Below are positions 18,058 to 29,385 of a stretch of 64,000 nt of DNA, in pieces. The position numbers were made by a program, and so were the translations under genes. Source of the DNA: Ylistrum balloti (lineage: Eukaryota); assembly GCF_031769215.1 (NCBI RefSeq), contig NW_026781915.1:2170001-2234000 (forward strand), written 5' to 3'. Within the stretch, counting starts at the first letter, position 1. Each line of letters opens with the position of its first letter. The notes under the pieces were generated by a model. That model searched no databases. It worked only from the letters and a program-made list of their open reading frames with translations, and was not told the origin of the DNA.

Positions 18058-19911
18058 ATGGCACAATTTCACAGACCTGAACTGCTGAATTTCACACACA
18101 GTGAGGCAATGAATGAAATAGATCGTATGAACAGAGACCTTAACAATCTGAGAGATGTCATGATAAAACATAGTGGTGAGTAAATATCAAGTACTAACTT
18201 CAGCTTGTGGATTTCCCACCTCCCACCCCCACCCAAATATTCCATGAACTTAACTTATAAACATAAAACATATATTTTAAAGCCTTTAAGCTTTTCGAAA
18301 TTATGAAAATTATGACCGATTTCAAAACTGCTGTACAACCTAGTTTGTTTATAATAATTGTGTTGTAAATCTATTGATCAAATAAAAGAATATCATTAAT
18401 ATTTTGACAAACCTGGTTACCATAAACTTGAATGTATGAATGAGGGATGAGCAGATTAGTTCTCAATACTGCATAAATGCAATTCCTTGAAAAAAAAAAA
18501 ACAAAAATCCAACAAGAGCCCCTCGAGTGATCTAAGCAGCCACCATCACTTTATCTTTATTTGTTCTTTAAAAGTTAGATATTTTCCTTTCTCTCCTCTG
18601 TTCTTGCTCTTAATAATATGAAATTTAAGATAAAATTTGAATTAAGATTTAAAACATGGCCTTACCATCATTGAGAAAAACTGATAACAGAAGATTCTAA
18701 TCTAGAGTCTTTAATTCTACAACCCAGATAGTATAGTTATATCAATTGTAAACCACTAACTCTATAAGAGTTTGGTGACTTCCGCCTAATCTAATAGATC
18801 ATTACGTCACATTTCTACCATTATCTACGACGTAACCAACTAATGTTGTTGTTATCAATATATGATGATGTAACAATCTGGGACTGTTGTTCTGAAGACG
18901 GGTCGCTTGGACATGTAAGCAACTGTTGCACGAATAAATCGTGAATTGGAAAGGAGCTGCTCGTGTTGTCATCACTCTTGACACGCATTGTTCTTTAAAA
19001 GTTAGATATTTTCCTTTCTCTCCTCTGTTCTTGCTCTTAATAATATGAAATTTAAGATAAAATTTAGATTAAAATTTATAAGATAGCAATAAATACCTTT
19101 TAACTGCCAAACCTAGATAGTTTCTAGCCACTTTTGTTTTTTAAATTAGTTCAAAATTCAAAAGGGCACAACATTAAAAATGAGGAATCTATGAATGATC
19201 CATCTGATGCTTCTGAAGAAATTGTGATCAGAAACATTCTTTCTCAAAATCCATGATGACCACTTATCCGCCATTTTGTTTTTCTGATCAAATGATTGTG
19301 CATAACTAGGGACCAAGTTAAGAAAGAAAGTACTTCTCAAAAAAATTGTTTACGGGTGAACAGATGACTGACCATGGATGTAAACAAAACATCTGACTTT
19401 CCATAAGGACAGCTCACACATGATTTTATCGTTCATAATTGTTAATAGTTTGTGTCATCATTTTATGGAATGTAAGCTCATCGTAAATTGAATTGATGGC
19501 ATCAACTTAGATGGATTTTGTGGACTAGCTGTTTGTCTGTGTGGTGTATTCAGTTCACCATAGTGACTGGCAGTATTCAACAATAGATAAGGGCGGAAGA
19601 AAATAATTGATCACCTCTGTGAGATATAAACAGAAATATAGTTCCTTTGAAGAATTTTTAAATCAGAGGGGTAAAAGATTCTTGACTTCAGACCAGCAAT
19701 ATGTAAAAATTTATTTGCTTGTCTTTTTTCAGTGCGCTGTCATATGTTGGAAGTTGACTTGGCTACACAGTTCAGCCCTGACCTTCAAGTGGCTCTTAGA
19801 TCAACAGAGGAGGACTGCAGTCGATGTAAAGAAGCTCTACTAAGACATGAAAATCAAAAGTCCATGATATTAAATGACAGTGAGGACCAAATACATTTGA
19901 CAGATCAGTGA
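18058..19911 (+). CDS. SYCE3-like synaptonemal complex central element protein, 98 aa, two coding exons (not in the ORF track)
   Basis: Exon 18058-18175 (acceptor ttttag at 18038, gatATGG start, donor AGTG|gtgagt) joins exon 19733-19911 (acceptor gtcttttttcag, TGA) across a phase-1 intron. Protein: MAQFHRPELLNFTHSEAMNEIDRMNRDLNNLRDVMIKHSVRCHMLEVDLATQFSPDLQVALRSTEEDCSRCKEALLRHENQKSMILNDSEDQIHLTDQ. It aligns by eye with recalled human SYCE3 (LNKDLEKLLEEMEKISVQATWMAYDM...PTLAESMRRLEDAFVNCKEEM). AATAAA at 20028. No symbol given because orthology is unconfirmed. Confidence 0.7.
18561..19065. repeat. Pair of identical 78-bp direct repeats (18561-18638 and 18988-19065) in the intron of the SYCE3-like gene
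   Basis: ttgttctttaaaagttagatattttcctttctctcctctgttcttgctcttaataatatgaaatttaagataaaattt occurs twice, about 350 bp apart. Confidence 0.9.
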
Positions 19912-20782
19912 ATTAGTGAATATTTTCAAAATTTTTTTTTCTGTAATGATGAACTTTCTTTAAAAAATGTTATCGCAAGTGAAATATGTCGATATCTTAT
20001 AAAAACAGTTGGTAATGTTATATTTTAAATAAATATGAAAGAATTGTTAAACAAATGTTGTTCTTAGTGTCATATACAACCAGTAACCAGTTAAGGTAAT
20101 CCGGACAATCTATTGTGACATCCATTCTTTTGTTTATTGCAACAACAATCCTCTTTTTACTTTTATACACAAACTGTTAGATTTTAAAGAAACTTTAGCC
20201 AATTTTAGGAACCAGAAACTACTCAAAACTACATTCCTGATGACTGAAGGTATTATGTGTATACCTTGTTTGTCTTAATTAAACCATCTGTCAGATTTTA
20301 ATCGATCATTTTAGTAATTATTGGTTTGGCGAAGAAAGAATGATTGTAGCCATCAATCAAGAAAAACAATGACCAATACAGTATCACTCTTTATTTCTTT
20401 AGTAATTTGTCCAACTTATTACAAAGAGAATACCTCATATGATTTCATGTTTCAGGGATTTCAGGCCACTGTTACTATCTATAGAAATTGTAGACCAATT
20501 TAGAAACATTCCAGTGTATTCATTATGTAAGGGAACCTGATCAACCTGAAACATCACAATAAGCTGAGATGAGCTGTAGTTTCATGGTTCTAAGGTCATG
20601 ATTCCCCTCCCAAATTAAAGTCAGTGTTCTAGACACTCATTTCTTAAAAAAACTTCGATCAAACTGTCCATAGTTTAAAGTAGGATATAGATATCCCTTT
20701 AGCTCTTATGTCAAGGTCAACATTACTTAACAATAATTAATATAAAGGACTGAATACTTTTAAAAAATGATGTTTTCTCATT

Positions 20783-22036
20783 TCATGTAAAAACCCATGC
20801 CTGTTGAATAGTAGAGAAAAAGCAAACCTTCTCAGAATTGTTTTCCTCACTAAATTGTCCACATTTGAATGCTAGAATATCCATCAAACTCTTTGGAATA
20901 GGCAAAGTTTCTATTTTTGGCACAATATTCCCAGAAATAAGATTTCGAATTCTGACACAGGCTATGTGCTGAAGTGATCTAGGGTTGCTGCCAGTCTCTA
21001 TCAATAATTCACAAAGAGCTGGTAGTTTTTGGACTACAAATGGAAATTGTTTTTCCCGAATCCATTTTTCCTTGCTAAAATCATAACCTGACTCAAGGAG
21101 AAGATAGACCAACTTCACATTCATACGTGCTGCTGCCAGGTACAAAGGTGACTGACCATTACAGTCAAAGGTCTGGATGTCTACTCCATGTTTAATTAGC
21201 AATTTACAAGCATTAATCTTACTGTGATAAAACGCAAGATGGAATGGTGTAAAACCCTGCATGTTTCTCCTGTTTAAGTCCAGATCTTGTGTTAAGAGGA
21301 TTTCCATCACACTCAGGTATCCACTACTTGCTGCTACATGTAAAGTTGTATTCTGATCCAAAGTTACAGCTTTGACAGAAGAGTGTTTTTCTAGAAGTAG
21401 TTCCACAACATGTGGCTGGCCATAGCACACAGCAGTGTGAAGAGCAGTCCAACCCTCTGCATCAACCCTATTCACATCTGCACCATTATCAATTAGTATC
21501 TCACACACATTAAGATGACCAAGGCAAGTGGCTGCATGCAGAGGTGTGAAACCATCAGTTTGTGTCACATTCACCACCGCTCCCTTTTGGAGCAGAAGTT
21601 GTGTTGTGTCAGTACGCCCGTAAGTTGCTGCCCAGTGAAGAGGTGTTCGGTGGTCTGAGTCCTTGCTGTTGATGTCCACTCCACACTCAATGAGACGGCC
21701 TACAATGTTTGAGTAGCCCTTAGACGCAGCCAGGTGTATAGGGTGTCGTAACCACATCGTGTCCTTCTGACACGACATGGTCAGGGAACTGTGGTTTGAT
21801 ATGAGAAGCTCTAACATATCTTCTTGTCCAAGGCAGACGACCCTACAAATTGGACTTGTTCCCCTGCGTTCAAAATTTGGCGAGACACCTTTGATTTGAA
21901 GGAGATTCTGTGCGGTGGCCAGATCATGTTGCTCGATAGCTTGCAGTAAAGAATCCTCATCAGTCATATCAGCTTGTGACTCCGAATCTGCTTGATTAAA
22001 CCAAAAAATATCCATATCGGCAGAAGATTCAGCCAT
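20783..22036 (-). CDS. Ankyrin repeat and SOCS box (ASB-like) protein, 417 aa, intronless CDS
   Basis: About nine ankyrin repeats (HPIHLAA, TPLHWAA, TPLHAAT, TALHTAV, TTLHVAA, TPFHLAF, SPLYLAA...) and a C-terminal SOCS box PRSLQHIACVRIRNLISGNIVPKIETLPIPKSLMDILAF. Acceptor- and donor-like sites near 22112 and 22793 suggest a 5'UTR intron. It cannot be assigned to a numbered ASB. Confidence 0.9.
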   Translation of the reverse strand: MAESSADMDIFWFNQADSESQADMTDEDSLLQAIEQHDLATAQNLLQIKGVSPNFERRGTSPICRVVCLGQEDMLELLISNHSSLTMSCQKDTMWLRHPIHLAASKGYSNIVGRLIECGVDINSKDSDHRTPLHWAATYGRTDTTQLLLQKGAVVNVTQTDGFTPLHAATCLGHLNVCEILIDNGADVNRVDAEGWTALHTAVCYGQPHVVELLLEKHSSVKAVTLDQNTTLHVAASSGYLSVMEILLTQDLDLNRRNMQGFTPFHLAFYHSKINACKLLIKHGVDIQTFDCNGQSPLYLAAARMNVKLVYLLLESGYDFSKEKWIREKQFPFVVQKLPALCELLIETGSNPRSLQHIACVRIRNLISGNIVPKIETLPIPKSLMDILAFKCGQFSEENNSEKVCFFSTIQQAWVFT

Positions 22037-23517
22037 GGTTAGTCCAGTTGAATGTCACCATGCAGTTGTAGGATGGAAAAGACTTGATCTTTCGCTGTAC
22101 CAAACATAAACCTGTGCAATGCAATCACATAGATCCAGTTAGCACCAGTGCAATTTGATTATGTAACACTTAATTTGAAATTTGTTATGTGTATCATTAA
22201 AGACCTAATATTTTACAGTTCTAACTAAATAAAATATTGACACAACTATATAGTTAGATCTTCTTAAATTCGTTGTTGAAATGGTTGCCCCAATTTCACA
22301 TATTGTGGGAATTTTTACAATGTTAATTTAATGCATATGTACACTGTACAGTACTGTTTTTCTTATTTTTTTTAATTTCACACAAGAATTCAGCAAAAAT
22401 ATTGAAACATGTATCAATTTGAGTTTGCACTAGCTAATATTTATCTGACATAAGAATTCATATTCAACAAAAACAACTGAAGACAAGTTAGGTATTAGTA
22501 CCTTATGACCAGGCCAAGATTAGCCCAATGTCACATATGACCTGGAGTTATACTCTAAAAGATACTCGTTTGAAATTATAAATACTCACAGAGTCACACG
22601 TAATTAACAAAGGACAAAAACTCCATCTTGCAAAAATCTAGACATTCTCGTCTTCAGGCTAAGCGAGAACTTACAGTTACGAGCCCTGTTACTAAGTGAA
22701 TTTACCAACAGGATTCCCTGTTGAAATGTCTTGCTTCCAAAAAGCACACTTAACCACATTAAATCTGATAGATGCCATCACGAAAAATACGTACCTTCAC
22801 CTTTTAATTCGATATCGTTACGAGTGACAGGACTGAGACGTTTTTACACTCTTTCTGCATAACAGCTGTCAAGTTTACTAGTACGTCATTCTTTTTCCGG
22901 TGTTGGAGAGGTTCACAAACAAGAGTTATCTTTCTTGTGTCACATAACAGATTTATTGCTTCTCTCTTGGATTACTCATGGGTATAACACCAGTGAGAAA
23001 CCAAGAGAGTGTAGTGAGGTGTCTCATTAATTAATGGTTTTCAGCAATGCGGGTATATTTGCTGTTATTGTCTTACTCTTGTCGATGTTGTTATGATAAT
23101 AAAATTTCACGGGGAAGTCTCTCAAGTGAGTATTTAAAGAGTTTTTAAAAAAGTTTAGTTACAACTTCCGTTTTCTGTGGTGATTTCTTGTTGGTACATG
23201 AGTGGATTCTGTGAATAATTTATCCCTCGTTTTCACTCTTTTGTATTCAATTGTTTGAGACAGTAATCACTGAAAAAATGAAACAGGAACTTCTCTATCA
23301 TCACAAATCAACAATTAAATATTAGACATCAATGCACATGCATGTCGGATAGAATGATATGAAAAATGTATTCATTTATTTATTAATTTCGAGTCTGGTA
23401 TAGAGGACTTAGATAGACCGGAACCGACAGAGACAAACGTACATGCACCACGCCCAAATCGTCTAAAACATTAAGATAAGCTTATTTTTGCCGGTTCAGG
23501 ACTATCAGAATCTTAAA

Positions 23518-23765
23518 TAGCTTCAAACGTGAGCAATTTAGTGAGGAAAACAATTCTGAGAAGGATGCATTTTTCTCTACTATTCAACAAGCATTGGTTT
23601 ATACATGAAATGAGAAAACATCAGTTTTAAATATACTCAATCCAATATATTAATTATTGTTTGATATTATCATATACAAAGTAATGTTAACCTTGACTTA
23701 GCTCAAATTAACTACTCTACCATGAACTAAATTTACTTTACAATGATACAGACTGAATTGAAAAC
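23518..23765 (+). pseudogene. Inverted duplicate of the ASB-like gene's 3' end (last ~28 codons, stop and start of the 3'UTR)
   Basis: Plus-strand 23522-23608 reads FKREQFSEENNSEKDAFFSTIQQALVYT*, against the ASB C-terminus FKCGQFSEENNSEKVCFFSTIQQAWVFT* (10 differences in 87 nt by hand count). Similarity continues into the UTR (tgagaaaacatca..., gtaatgtt.accttgac). The matching arm is about 20653-20874 on the minus strand. Confidence 0.85.
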
Positions 23766-24491
23766 CACCAATTAAAGATTAACATATATATGTCTGAGTT
23801 AATGGTCTTGTCTCCTGTTACTTACAGAAAAACTCTGTGTGCTATTTCTTCAACAGTAATTAAAGCTATTTGTCTTATAAATTATTATTGTAAACAGATA
23901 AAGTTTAGTTTGCACTCATTGGTGAAATAATTATTTTATTTTTGAATATCAATACTTTATGATATGGACATGATAAAACACGTTAATAGGTTTTTACTAT
24001 GTATACTATCCTATAATTCAATGCAGCTATAGAATTTGCTCACCATGTGTTATATAACGATGATTTAATCTGTGCTCCGTCACGTTCCCGATTTGAAATG
24101 CTTTGTAATGAGAGCCCTTATTGGAGAGTGTGAATAGTATTATGTTTCATGGCGTAGTACAGTTTACTGGGTAACAGTAAATTCCACTTTATTATATAAA
24201 AACTGCTCATGATCTGTATTACAGTAGAATTGTATTCTTCTCTAACCACGCTGCCCTAAACACATAGTCTGTACTTTGTAGATAACATCTATTAATAACA
24301 TAAAGGGGTAATTTTTTATCATTGCACACCTGAAAACATTGCTACGGTATCTAAGGGAACGGCAGGAAAACGTCTCATTAATGATTCACAACTATTGTTT
24401 CAGTAATAATCCGTACAGGTATCGATGACCCAGGTACGGTTTAGTAAGCCTGAACAGTGAACTACCCGTCCACTCCACGTAACCCTCCCGT

Positions 24492-24607
24492 TATAAATAG
24501 CTCTGATTATCGATTGAGGTGCCACAACGCTAACGAAAACAAGGAAGTGGTCGGACGGATTAACTATACCTACATACACCTAGAAACTCTGTTCACAGTC
24601 TTAACGG
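24492..24607 (+). promoter_or_regulatory. Candidate TATA box and ATG-free first exon of an unassigned plus-strand transcript
   Basis: TATAAATA at 24492-24499, followed by about 100 nt without an ATG, ending at a consensus donor ACGG|gtgagt (24607/24608). Confidence 0.35.
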
Positions 24608-25645
24608 GTGAGTGATAATTAATTTATTTCATGCAACGATTGTACAGTCTTAGATAAAAAAAACGAGCATACAAGTACTTAGTATAATCATTCAAGCGGG
24701 TAGTGAGAAGGAAGGAAACTAGTATCTGTCGAACATTTACACGCAAGTAAATCGCGTCGGTGGGCCGCGTGGAAGGCGTTTGTGATAGAGCTTCTTAAAA
24801 ACACTTATCAATGGTATGGTACATATGATGTCCAAGATCAGTGGTGTAGACTTGTTTGTAAATATACAAAACATTTTCTGTGTGTCAACAACACGATTGT
24901 GATAGACCTGCTATCTGATGTAAACAACGATATCCAGTTCACCGTACGTAGTCACCCTCTTTATATTCTAGGTTTTTATGCGGTATAGAAGTGGCATATT
25001 TTCACTAAAACTGGTGGCGTTGTGATATCTAACCATATAGTATTACTTTTAATTATGTCATTGTTGTAAGGCTTGAATTGAAAGCAGTATCAGAATTAGC
25101 ATAATTATCAGGATATTGTTTCAAATTCTTAAAAAAATGTACGTTTTACTATAACAATTAGAATGAAAGAATCTAGCCATTGATATCGACAATTGTTATC
25201 GGTGATATGTGATGGAACTGTCATGTCTTGAACTATTAAAACGACTCTCAAATAACAAGTGCTCTTTGACTGAATTACCTGTCTAAAATCAGTCCAACAT
25301 GTGTCTTTACTGTTTCATGGATCCTATATGTTTATATAAAATACACAGAGATAGTTTGTTGCAGCTAGCGCTGCTATTCGTGTTTATTGATACATTTTAC
25401 AGTTCAGTGAACAAAATATTAATTTCACACTTCATTGATGTTCCGATCCGTCACTGACATCGTTACCTTGACCAGTAAAATAGATAACACTGGGTATACC
25501 AGTAAGTGTATACACTATGGATACGGAGAGACAGTGACATATATCAACCCCATCCTGTTACTAGGGCAGAATTTTATAGCTGGCTACAAAAACAGCCTAT
25601 TGTAAAGCTTAGAATATTCAGTGACATATACACCAAGGATACCGA

Positions 25646-25968
25646 AACTCACTTAAGAAACGTATAAAGCCACGAGGTTGAAAGACACTTACATACCAAG
25701 GTAGGCTGAAAGTCTTTTAAGAAACGTATATAAACACGAGGCTGAAAACCAACCAGAAACTTATATACAAGTGAGACTAAAAGTCACCTAGAAACCTATA
25801 TATCAAGGAAGACTGAAAGTCACCTAGAAACCTATATACCAAGGAAGACAGAAAGTCACCTACGAAACGTACATACCCACGAGACTGAAAGTCACTTACG
25901 AAACGTACATACCCACGAGACTGAAAGTCACTTGAGAAACTTCTTAAGGAGGCTAAAGTCACTTAAGA
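25646..25968. repeat. Degenerate 36-bp minisatellite (gaaacgtacatacccacgagactgaaagtcacttac-like), about 9 units
   Basis: Read directly; it explains the repetitive ORF 25777..25962. Confidence 0.85.
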
Positions 25969-28300
25969 AGAACTGGCGTATGAATCCAAAAGATAATTAA
26001 AATTTTTAAATGTCATGAGAAAACTGAGTGACAAAACCATTAATGTTGATAATGGTCATCTGTAGATATAGATACTGGAATGTCTGACGAAATCTTTAGT
26101 TGTAGAAATGTCAGATTTTCTGAAACAATAACAAACGTGGCGGTGTTGGCTTACACATTTTCGTAATCTTTAAAAAAAATATTGATGAATTCTTTTCTGT
26201 ATAGAGACAAATTTATCGGGCTGAAAAAAAAACCCATTTAGCGATTTTTAAACCGTAAACTATTCTCAAACTCTGCTAAACATCTGGCTGTTGGTTTACT
26301 GCTTTCCCGAGATGTGTCATGTTTGATGTTTATTTTATAATCAACCACTTGGAACACACTAAAATGCGTCTTTACGAAATAAAAATCTTGACATTGTGCC
26401 TTTATTGAACGAATACTGTCGTAAAAACAAGTGTGTATTATTTATTGTTATACTATTTATAGGCCTGATCAAAACCAGCTACACTAGAATTGCTTATATT
26501 ATACGTGTAAGTCTTGCACGAACCTGCATTTTCTCGGTAATGATTAGGAAGTTGGTAATAATGTTATCTGTATTTTTTGTAGTTTATATCTGTAAACAAG
26601 TGATATATTTCAGTTTATGTTGATATCATTGTTTATACATAGACTACCTGTTTGATTTTTTCCCTATTAAGAGATCTTTATTACAAAGTACCTATTCCAT
26701 GTTGAATATTTGATAAGTTAGCTGTCGTTGCTAATGTAAGCAGCTCTCGTACATATCAAAATATATCAGATACTGCGTGTGAATTAATCTCCGAAAGTGG
26801 AGATTCTTGTACTCTGTTTTAACAGATAAAGTAGTCGTATTTTCATGTAAAAGGAGAAGAAGCTGTAACGCCCGTTTCTATGATAATACATTACAAGTTG
26901 TTGGTAAAATTATTCATTTAGGTATCCTTTTGAACAATAAACAGAAAGAACGAAATTAGCTTGTAGCGAAAGAAAAAGTGGTACTATGACCATTTTACGC
27001 TACAGTGCACACCAATGTGCTTCGAACTCATAAAACAATTTCCATGATTTTAAAAATTAAAGTTTTCCCTTCTGAATTGTACGGATAGAAACTTTGGATG
27101 GTTCCGAATACTGAACAATTAATGCTGGAGAAGATCCATCATTTTATTGTTGAATATATCCAGGATCTAGGTAAGGGAACAAGAACTTATATGTACACCT
27201 CTTTACTTGGATGGAAGACTTTGGAAGCTTATATAGATATCGAAAAAACCTGTTGTTTCAACGCAGGTTATGTAATATGAATGAAATTCTTTAACATGCA
27301 GGATTTTTATTCTAAGATTTTTTTTTACAGTTTATGAATGTACCAAAAAGTTCATATCGTCAGGATTTTTAAAAAGTATACTTTATTTGAACATATCTAA
27401 CTATTTCTAAATGATGGTACTTTCCCAGATATAGCGTATTGGAAGTCATTAGTGTGTAAATCTGTAAGTGATTACGAGACAGACGCTTGGTAACAAAGAA
27501 CATCTAACGACGCTGACTTCTCACGATTTTTGTTGTTATACAAAGGTTTGAATCCACAGTATCCATGAGGCTTAGCTCTGTGTCATCCAACTTATCTGGA
27601 CAATGTTTGGTATATAATCATAATAATGGTATCTGTACGGGTCTCGAATACACAGTTTTTGTGTCACAATTGTGTTTGCTTCTATACAGATATAGTAAGT
27701 CAAGTTATTTTACATTGTTTTGAAACAGAAAACATCCGTGATGATCTGTGGTGTGTAATCACCTTTGTTCAAATATTGAATCTAGTTTATACATTTATTT
27801 ACATTCTTTTCCAGAATTTACAATAACTTGCATTTTATTGGAAGGTCATCTTACCTACCAATTAAACAAATTTGATTTGAAACAAACAACCGTTGGCTGA
27901 ACTCAATACATACTATAAAAAATGTTTGACTTGTATATATAATTTAAAATTAAAGTTGATTTTAGTAGAATAAATTATGAATGATCTGTTATAAACCTTT
28001 GTGTTTATATTTGGTTTCTTTATACATATTTACACACAGGTACATTGGTATTCTGTTCAAACATATTTACGTTAAGAACATGAAATATATGTACCACGTA
28101 TTTATATAATAATTATAACATTAGACTTTTGAAAACAAATTTGAAATCTGTATGTAATTGAATTTCTTCTAAGTATAACTTGATACTTACTACTGATTTT
28201 GTATATATAACTGTTTATGTGAGCATGTGTTTAACTGTTGACAGCGCAAATTCCTTTGCACTCATCATTTTTGAGGTAGTAAAGTAAATAATGATAATAA

Positions 28301-29385
28301 CTGTTACTTACTTGAGACAGAGAGATGACGAGTATGATATATCTGTTGTTACTTACAGGATAGAGAGAGATGACGAGTATGATATATCTATTGTTACAGG
28401 GTAAAGAGAGATGACGAGTATGATATATCTGTTGTTACTTACAGGGTAAAGAGAGATGACGAGTATGATATATCTATTGTTACTTACAGGGTAAAGAGAG
28501 ATGACGAGTATGATATATCTATTGTTACTTACAGGGTAAAGAGAGATGACGAGTATGATATATCTATTGTTACTTACAGGGTAAAGAGAGATGACGAGTA
28601 TGATATGTCTATTGTTACTTACAGGGTAAAGAGAGATGACGAGTATGATATATCTATTGTTACTTACAGGGTAAAGAGAGATGACGAGTATGATATATCT
28701 ATTGTTACTTACAAGCTAAAGAGAGATGACGAGTATGATATATCTATTGTTACTTACAGGGTAAAGAGAGATGACGAGTATGATATATCTATTGTTACTT
28801 ACAGGGTAAAGAGAGATGACGAGTATGATATATCTATTGTTACTTACAAGGTAAAGAGAGATGACGAGTATGATATATCTATTGTTACTTACAGGGTAAA
28901 GAGAGATGACGAGTATGATATATCTATTGTTACTTACAGGGTAAAGAGAGATGACGAGTATGATATATCTATTGTTACTTACAGGGTAGAGAGAGATGAC
29001 GAGTATGATATATCTATTGTTACTTACAGGGTAAAGAGAGATGACGAGTATGATATATCTATTGTTACTTACAGGGTAGAGAGAGATGACGAGTATGATA
29101 CATCTATTGTTACTTACAGGGTAAAGAGAGATGACGAGTATGATATATCTATTGTTACTTACAGGGTAAAGAGAGATGACGAGTATGATATATCTATTGT
29201 TACTTACAGGGTAAAGAGAGATGACGAGTATGATATATCTATTGTTACTTACAGGGTAAAGAGAGATGACGAGTATGATATATCTATTGTTACTTACTAT
29301 TGTTACTTACAAGGGTAAAGAGAGATGACGAGTATGATATATCTATTGTTACTTACAGGGTAAAGAGAGATGACGAGTATGTTAT
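28301..29385. repeat. 45-bp minisatellite (gtaaagagagatgacgagtatgatatatctattgttacttacagg) x~24
   Basis: Near-perfect tandem copies; they produce the spurious 237-aa ORF (RVKRDDEYDISIVTY)n. Confidence 0.97.

Noticed and set aside
28605-29318. 237-aa ORF of repeated RVKRDDEYDISIVTY
   Set aside because: It is a product of a 45-bp (in-frame) minisatellite. Unit variants are non-synonymous, the ATG is a one-off point variant, and the frame breaks at a 4-nt deletion near 28395.
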